Below are positions 1-9,000 of a DNA stretch of 64,000 nucleotides, in pieces (position 1 is the stretch's first letter; every line of letters begins with the position of its first letter). Position numbers and translations under genes: made by a program. Source of the stretch: a virus; IMG/VR virus record IMGVR_UViG_3300025450_000015, positions 32,001-96,000 of that record; one strand, written 5' to 3'. The notes beneath the pieces were generated by a model. It ran no database searches. It was not told the origin of the DNA and saw only the letters and a list, made by a program, of their open reading frames with translations.

Positions 1-1
1 T

Positions 2-3000
2 TTCTATTCGAAGAATTTTTTGTCTACTTAAAAATCCTTGTCCATAAATTCTCATACCAGGTACCATACCTGTAGTAGACGCAACTTTAACTGTAAACCC
101 TGCACTACCTAAAGAATTATATGTTGTAGTAATTCCAGAAGTTAACGCACTAGTTGTAATTGTTACCGATGGACTAATTAAATTTTGATCCACTGGGTAA
201 ACAAGTGTACTACCGTCCGATGTGTATGAATAAGTTTTTTGTTTAACATAATATACGTTGATATTAGTATTGTTAGGTGGTGTATATGGTAACGTGAATA
301 CGTGAGTATTTGCTAATACTTGAACAGAGTAATCATTAAAATTAGGATCTCTACTATCCCATGTATCACTCAAATAAGGTGCATCGTCCCAACCACCTGA
401 AATGTTAAAGTTTAATCCTGTAACTGTTACACCGCCGTAATCTGTTCCTGTCATTAACTGACTTAAATCTTTACCTAACTGTCCTGTTGTAGGATTGTAA
501 AAATATTGAATTCTGTCTGTAGCTGTTAATACTGAGATATCTTTATGATAAGTTACAATAATTGTTGATCCAACTGCTATATTAAAAGTAAATGTAATGC
601 TACCGGTATACTGAGTATAACCTGATTCCATTGATGTCACTTTTGAAAGAGTATATAATTCTCTCAAGACAGGTGTTCCATTTACAGTCACTACTGTTTG
701 ATCTATTCTAGTATCAGGTGCCCATGTCAATGGATACTGTACACGATTAATTATTGCAGTAAATGTATCAACTTGTTGCAGATTAGTAATATAATATCCA
801 TAATTAACTCTATCAAATTTCATACCTACTAAATTTGAACGTACTAATCCGTTGCCAATAATTGCAACTGCTTGAGCTTGCACTCCGTTTGCACCTAGCC
901 CGCCATTAATTGTCACTGTAGGTGCAAATAAATAACCGTTACCACTTGCACCAAATTGATCAACATTTAATAAAGTTATTTTAGAAACTTTACCATTTGA
1001 AATCAATGCGTCGGCTGTTGCTGTAACAGGATTTGATCCTGTTGGAGATGATATTATAATCTGCGGAACATTAGTATAACCGCTTCCTCCATTTGTAATG
1101 ACAATTTCAATAACTTTAAATCCAACATTGTCATTCCAAAATTTCCAAGGATAACTTTCAATCAACGGATTACTTGTTTGAAGTGTTCCATTAACATCTG
1201 TTACTTGTATTGTTGTAAATCCGCCATTTTCGTAAGTAGTTTGTAAATCAAAATCAGTTACAGCACTTTCAGTTGTATCCATACCAGTATAGTCACTGAT
1301 ATATTCTCTAACTTTTGTTCTGTAAGGTTTAACTTCAGCTACATAATCTTCAAAATTTCTTAAATTATCAATTGGATAGTTTACAGGCTGACCTAATGTA
1401 CCTACTTTATGGGTAGCACGTACAAAACTTGTTTTAAATATCCAGTCAATGAAAGGCTGTTCGCTATGTGCATAACGAACATTAGTAAAGAATAGATCTA
1501 AATAATCTTGTTTTAAATCGTCTATTAGAATATTATTTTTAATACAATTAAGAATTATTCTTAATTCAGCACTGGCTTGTACGTCAAAGTCACCGCCATC
1601 GAAAATGTTAGCATCATATCCAACATCTGTACCTGAGAACGAATACAAGCTAGATTTAAACTGGATCGTTCCATTTTCTATACCGACAATTCGATAACTT
1701 TGTGTCCAGTCTACGCTAGTTGAACTAGCATATTTTTCTAATAATATCCAATTGCTACTGCTACCATTTATAATCTTAACTAATATACCGATACCCTGGT
1801 CACTTAATGCCGAAAGACTTTCATTAACTGCAAACAAATCTGCAAATGTGTTTATTTTAAAATCTGGTCCGTTAAACTGGCTAAAACCAGTTGCATACCA
1901 ATCAGTGTAACTCCAGTATTTTCTAACATCATATGACTGTGATAAGGATCTTGACCAAATTCCAGTAGCAGGATCATAAGAGTAAATACTCCATGCACCG
2001 TATGCGGTACTGTCGGATAAAATTAATACAGAATAACTTCTAATTGTACATATTGTATTGTTGTTATATCCTTGTCCACCATTAATAATAGTAGCACCAG
2101 TTATCTGACCTAGTGCATTAATAGTGGCTTTTACTATTGCGCCTTCACCTGATCCAGTAATTTCAATATAAGGTGCATATCCATAACCATTTCCAGCATT
2201 TACTATTGTTATCCCAGTGATAGATCCGTTAGTTATAACAGGTTTTACTGATGGTAACGCAAATGATCCAATACTAGCAAATTTTAATTCTGCTTCTGTA
2301 TTATAAGAAATATCCCATAATCCTAGAATTTTATCAGGAGTAGGATCATAACTTTCCAACGCCGATATGTTTCTAGAATTAGTTGTTTGGTATGTACTTA
2401 ATACAAGATTGGTACGTTCAATTAATTCTTTAATTGCTTCTACACGATTAACAAACATTCCTTGACGAGGACGATTTTCAATACCGTAACGCAATTTAAC
2501 TGGTAAGCTAGGATCCGGTACTGGTCTACCACCCTGGTCGACACCACATAAACTATCAAACCATTTTTGTTCAATGGTATTTGGTAAATCTACAACAGGA
2601 TCGTTACTAATTAATTTCCATTGGCTATGAATATTTTGGTCTGTTTTATCAATAGTCCAATATTCAATTGCTAGTGCTACATCAGTTCCGTTTAGATATC
2701 GACTTGCATTTATAAGACTAAAGCTATTAGTACCAGTTAATGCAAGACATGTATAATCTTGTCCGCTTGGATTTGCAATTAAATTTGCAACATCATTTGC
2801 AGACATATTTCTTCCATCGACGCTAGGAATAATTTTTTTATTTTTTACCCAGAAATAATAAGTGTTTGTAAATGTTTTACTTACTGTGTCATATTTTGTA
2901 GTTGAGCTATAGGCTGAATTACCGTATAAACTTTTTCCGCTGATACCTGCTGTTAGTCCAGCTGGTGTATCAGCAATACTATCCCATACACTAGGTAATT

Positions 3001-6000
3001 GATTATAACTTACCCATTCGTAAATATCAACACTTGCACCTGCGGCAAGTGTATTCCATGCAGTGTTTCTATATAAAGGATCTGCAAAATAATTATTAAC
3101 AAATTTACAAGTTCTCAGATCCCACCATAGTTGACCGACTGGTTGGTCTGACCACCATCCTTCAATTCCGTTTGAAGATGCAACATTAACTGTTACTGTA
3201 CTATCACTGTAACTATAAGTTGCTGGGTCAAAGAACGTTTGATATTTGATTTCTTCTTCGGCAGGACCTGGAATTTTTCCTTGTAAAGGATCTACAACAT
3301 CCAAATAAGTAGACAATGTTCCTAATTTTTTATTATACAGGAATGCTTTTTTAATTTTACTTACATCTGGAATGGATACTTGCGTGTTATAAATTGTCCA
3401 GGCAAATACATTACTTAACTTTGTATATGTATAAACTTGTCCAGATTCAATATTATTAAACATTGCATACGGGGCACTAATTGCAATTTGATTATTGCCT
3501 ACTGCAAATCCAGTTCCGTATCCTTCTCCAAATTTATTTTCAGTTGCTAATGATTCGCTGAATATCCATTTACTATTGTATCTGTCGTAAATGTCAACCC
3601 TACCACTTGCATTATCTGCTGTTAAAAAATCAGTTGAATTTCTGTCAAATGTCGTTGTAGAGCTATCAAAGGAAGTACTAACTGTAGTATCACCGTATAA
3701 ACTATAAACAACAATAGTTTGACTATCATTCATAAATGATATCTTGTTACCAAATAAAGAATTAGTTTCAGGATTATTACTAATTAATGCTTGATTAAAA
3801 ATATACTGTCCATTTACAAGAGAATATACATTGATACCGCCTGCTTGCACTTTTGTATTACTTTGTGTATCATCGGAAATAGCAATATAATTTCCATAGT
3901 CGGATATTGCTATTCCAAATCCAAAATTAGAGTCAGATCCAACTAACACCTGCATAAAATCAGGATTGTTAACATCAGACACATCGTACACACTTACTGC
4001 ACCGGATGACGATACTAATAATGTGTTTCCATCTGCTGTTATTTTTAATGCACTACCAAAATTTACAGGGTTAGTTAACGATGCATCTGGATCGATATGT
4101 CCACTATAAGTCCATGTGTGTTCTACAAAGTTAATTGTTCCGCCTGGTAAACTGTTTTGATCAACCGGTGAATCTAAGAATAACGTATTCAAAGGTATAA
4201 TTGGAGCAGAAGTTCCGCTTAGTTGATTAGTGCTAGCAACAGCAAATGTTAAATTAACATCGTTATTAATAACCAGTTGTGTAATGGATGTACTCATGTC
4301 TTGAGTAGAACCAACAATCAAATAACTAAATGCTTGTTGTGATCCGTTTATTGTAAGATTTTCTTGTCCCTGGCTTATTACAATAGTATCAGGTAGAATA
4401 TTTGTACCTGTAACTGTCATACCTGCCAACACCTGACTTAAATTATAACTAGCACTATTGGTTACACTATAGTAAGAATATAATATGAATTTGGTTAATA
4501 CATAATCAACTTTTTGACCGCTAGTGTATCCACCGTTTGCACCAGACACTGCTATCATACCTGCACGTATTCCAAGAGTTGAATTAACTACTAAAATATT
4601 TTGTCCTGACTGAACTAAATTGTTGAATATAACTGTAGTTGCAACTCCTGATCCTGATCCAACGTTAGTTGCAATAAACGTTACGCCAACAGTATTTGCA
4701 GTTGCACCAATTGTAGTAAAATCTGTTGTACCTAGAGTGTAAATTGTATAAGTTGTTCCTATAACAAATGACCCAGCCGTTACTTTAAGTATTTCAGATG
4801 TAGTAACTCCTTGGTTTACTGCTTCACTGCCTACAGGATTATACTGTGACGAAGCCAGTGTGACTGTTGTATATCTTAATTGATAAACTCTACCTGCTCC
4901 GTTATTATGTCCAGGAGCACCAACGTACATAACATTATTTCCAAAAGCTACACTAGAACCAAATTGTTCATTAGTACTAGGAGATGGACTAATAATTGAA
5001 TCAACTAAACTATAATTGTTATTTAAATCTTTAACATACAGGCTTATCGCACCTTGTCCTACTATTGTGGAATTTATTCCCGATAAAGAATTTACAGGAA
5101 CATACGGAATAATTTGCCATGATAAAGATGTTGAGGACGGAGCAATTCCATTACTAGTAATCAAACACTCATAAAATATTCCATTTGTATCAGATACAAT
5201 ACTTCCAGGAGTATACGTATTGCTACTGTTATACAGTCCTACATAGCTGGTTGCTACTCGGTTGACTGTTGGACTACCGCCAACTAGCCAGACTCCGTCA
5301 TCACTAAAACTTAACACAGTAGAAAGTTGTGTAGGTTTTGTATTTTGTATTGGATACAACGGATTAGGGTTAGACATGAAAGGTGCAGTAAGAGTTGAGC
5401 GTTGTGCCCAAGGAACTACTGTTCCTGCTTTATCATAGGTAGTAATAACACCGGTTGATCCATTAGTTACTGCTAGTACAGAACCTTTACGATTCATAGC
5501 TACAACTGAACCAAATTGTAAATTTGCAGAGAATGAAATATTTGCCAAGGAAGATTGGCTAAACGCTGGATTGTATTTCCAAGTAGCCCAAGATCCTGCC
5601 CCACTATCATCGGTCCAAACTAATTCACCGGCTTTAAGTTTAACTGTATTACTTGTTGAATTCACAGTGTCTATACCTGCAAATCTTCTTGATACTAAAG
5701 AATACATTACCATCTGTCCAGTTTGTGTAAACGGAGATGGAAAATTTGAGATTTTAGTATTGATAGTAATTACATTTAAATTAACAGTAGCAATTTGATA
5801 AAACCCATCAAAAGTACTTAGATAAACACCTTGACTATTAATAGTTCCAGTTTCTCTTACTCCAATGTAAGAACCTGCTGTTAATGGTAAGCTATTCAAT
5901 GCTGTTATTGTTAGTACTCCGTTACTGTATGCAACAGATGATACTCTGATTTTTAAATCTGTAAAACGATATATATTCCAACTGTTATTATCAAATGCAG

Positions 6001-9000
6001 TCCAAATATACTGGCCTTCATCGATTGAAGTAATGGGGTATAACAAATTTCCTTTACTATCGGTATCGTTAATATTTGATAATGATTTTAAACTAAATTT
6101 AACATCTGCTGGATTAATATAACCAGCATCACGCAATAACGGATTATAATTTGTGTTTACTGGAAATGGATTAGAATTATAGCCGAGTGGTTTTACATAT
6201 ACATCATTAGGTGTTTGTTGATTCACAAAGTCGCTAATATTTTTATTAATAGAATTTGTTAAAAAATATCCTTGAGGATTATTTCTAAAATCTTTTTGGT
6301 CTAACACAAATTCTATATCCTCAAAAGCATTAGTTGCCCCATATCGGCCAACACGCAATGCCCACTCTTCATAAAATACTAGACTCTCCGCTTTGTCTTC
6401 GCTCAATACTCCAAACAAATGATTCAGCACATTTTGTGTACCTTTATCTCGAATCATACCTTGATAGAATTTAAATTCGCTGACAGGGTCTTGTATGATA
6501 TTATCCAGGTACTGTCTTTTTTGATAACCAATTAAATGTTGTGCAAATTTCTGTTGATCTGTATTAAAATTATCAACGTTAAGACTATAAAAATCTACAA
6601 ACTGTGTAGCAACATTTGTCCAGTTTGGCAATAGCTGTGCCGATGGTTTAGATTTTAATCTGGTCCATTGCTCAGATACAAAATTAATTGTTCCTGCTGT
6701 AAAGGCATTAGCACTATAATAGTTTCCTTGATATTCAATGATATCGGCCATATTATAATCTTGCCACGCTTGCCAAGAATCGATCTTAGCGGCATCATAC
6801 ACAAATCCAGGAATATCTAATCCGCCGTACCAGCCTTCGGTTACATACCCTGACAATTTTAAACGTTCTCTTCTATAACCTGTAGCAGGATTATAAATGA
6901 TATCATTAAAAATATCTGTATTATTAATTGTTACTACATGTTCATTTTGTATCAAATAAAAACTTGCACAATAAATTCCATGTGTACCTCTTGGACTATA
7001 TGTAACGGTATTTCCAGTTCGATAGCTATCTATATCGTTTGGAGTTAAAGGCGTACCGTCCACTTTAAATATTTCATAGCTGTTGAACGGATTACTTATA
7101 CTGTCAACAACTGTCAAATTAGTAATAAAATTGATACCATTGGCACTAGGACTTAAACTGATAACACTACTTCCAAGATTGCTTAATCCAGGTAATGCAG
7201 TCCATAGATTGTATTCAAACACAGCAGATGCCGGAATATTGTAGTTGGCACTATAATAATTGCCGTCGTATCGCACTACAGTTCCGTAACTATAAGGTTG
7301 ATTTACAGACCAGTCAGACCATTTTTCTTGTCCGTTACTCCAGTTTTGTGTTGTCCAGAACATGAACTCTCTAGCACTAGTGGACCAATTAGCAACACGG
7401 CCAAGATTATTATTGAAATCATCAAATATGAATCCTTGACTTAAAAGATATTGTTCATATCCTAATAAAAAGTCTACTACTTCTTGAATAGTAGTTAATT
7501 GTGTTCCGTAAGGCAATGTTTGTAAAGATGTGGTATCCCATGCCGATCTGAAAACAGCAGATACTCCGCCAGTTAACGGAAGAGATGCCAATAATGCGAA
7601 TGATTGACTATTAAAAGTTTCAGTAGCAACTGTACTAGTTACTGCTCTGTAATAAGAATTTCCATATTGCACAATCTGTCCGGCTGTATAAGATTGTCTC
7701 GGAGTCCAAGTTACAAAACTTTCTGAAATTCCTCCGACATTGACTGTGATGCCTGATTCTAAATAATTAAAATAATTAAAATATGGTTGTGTTTTACTAT
7801 AACCTTTAATTTCAAAACCGGTTGATAATTTTGTAATAATCACACCACTATAGGTTATTTTTTGAACAGGGCTAGAACTATTTAAAAATATGTTATAACT
7901 TTCTGGAGGAATAAAAACACTACCGGTAGCCAATGGGGTTTTACTTTCTAATAGTAAATTAAATTGTGGCTGGTTAGTAAATGCTCCAACTCTATAACTT
8001 AATTGAGGAGTTAAATTAGCTAAATTTGCAACATATAAATTATATGAATCTTGATTATTACTAAAAATAATATTTGAAATAAGATCAACTACATAATTGA
8101 TTAATCCAGCTGTTTGTACTCTAGATTTACTAGAATATAAATTAGGAATTTTTACATCAGCTGGTCGAATACGTAGCCCAGTGTCTTTATAAATTAATTG
8201 GCCGGCAATATTTCTTTCAATTCTATATCGATCTAACAAAATTCCAAAAGTTTTAGCAGGAGTTAACAACAAAGAAGATACTAACACACTAAATGGATAA
8301 TAGCTACTACGTCTCCATGCTGATTCAACTGGTCCCACATCTCCAAATACAAAGACACTATTTGTATTTTGTAATAATGGTCCGCTGGCTAATCCGCTAG
8401 TTGCAGGACTTACTAAGTTTCCAGATTCGTCAACTGGTAAATGATTTATTAAGAAAGGTCTTGCAAATTTAGATAATTTAATAACAGGCATCCCAGGTTC
8501 TTTAACAAGTCCTGCAGAGATATCTTGCCACATAGGTAAATTATCACTAGTATAAGGTGCTGGACCATACACACTAACCCACCAATTGGGTTGCTGACTA
8601 AATCCTAACATTTCCCATGGGCAAAGATTAGGACGATCGGTATCTAGCATCCAGCGATATACACCTCTCCAAAATCCCGGAACAGGGTTACCGTCCGGTG
8701 ATGTATCAAAAGAATAGTTATAAGTGAACAGATTAGCAACATCAAAATTTACAGGTTGAGTAAAATCTACGCCTACTAATCCAACCCAAGAATAGAATGA
8801 AGGAGAAAGTACCTCGTTAAATTCGCTTAGGGTGTAAGGAGTAGTTCGGTTATATCCTGGAATTATATCTGCGACATCAAAAATTGTAGAATCGTATTTT
8901 ACTTTAATATTATTAAAAATTCGTGTTTCTAATTCTAATAATACTGCATCTCTATAGTCGCCATATGCTAACACAATGCTACCGTCGTGCCCTTGTATTA

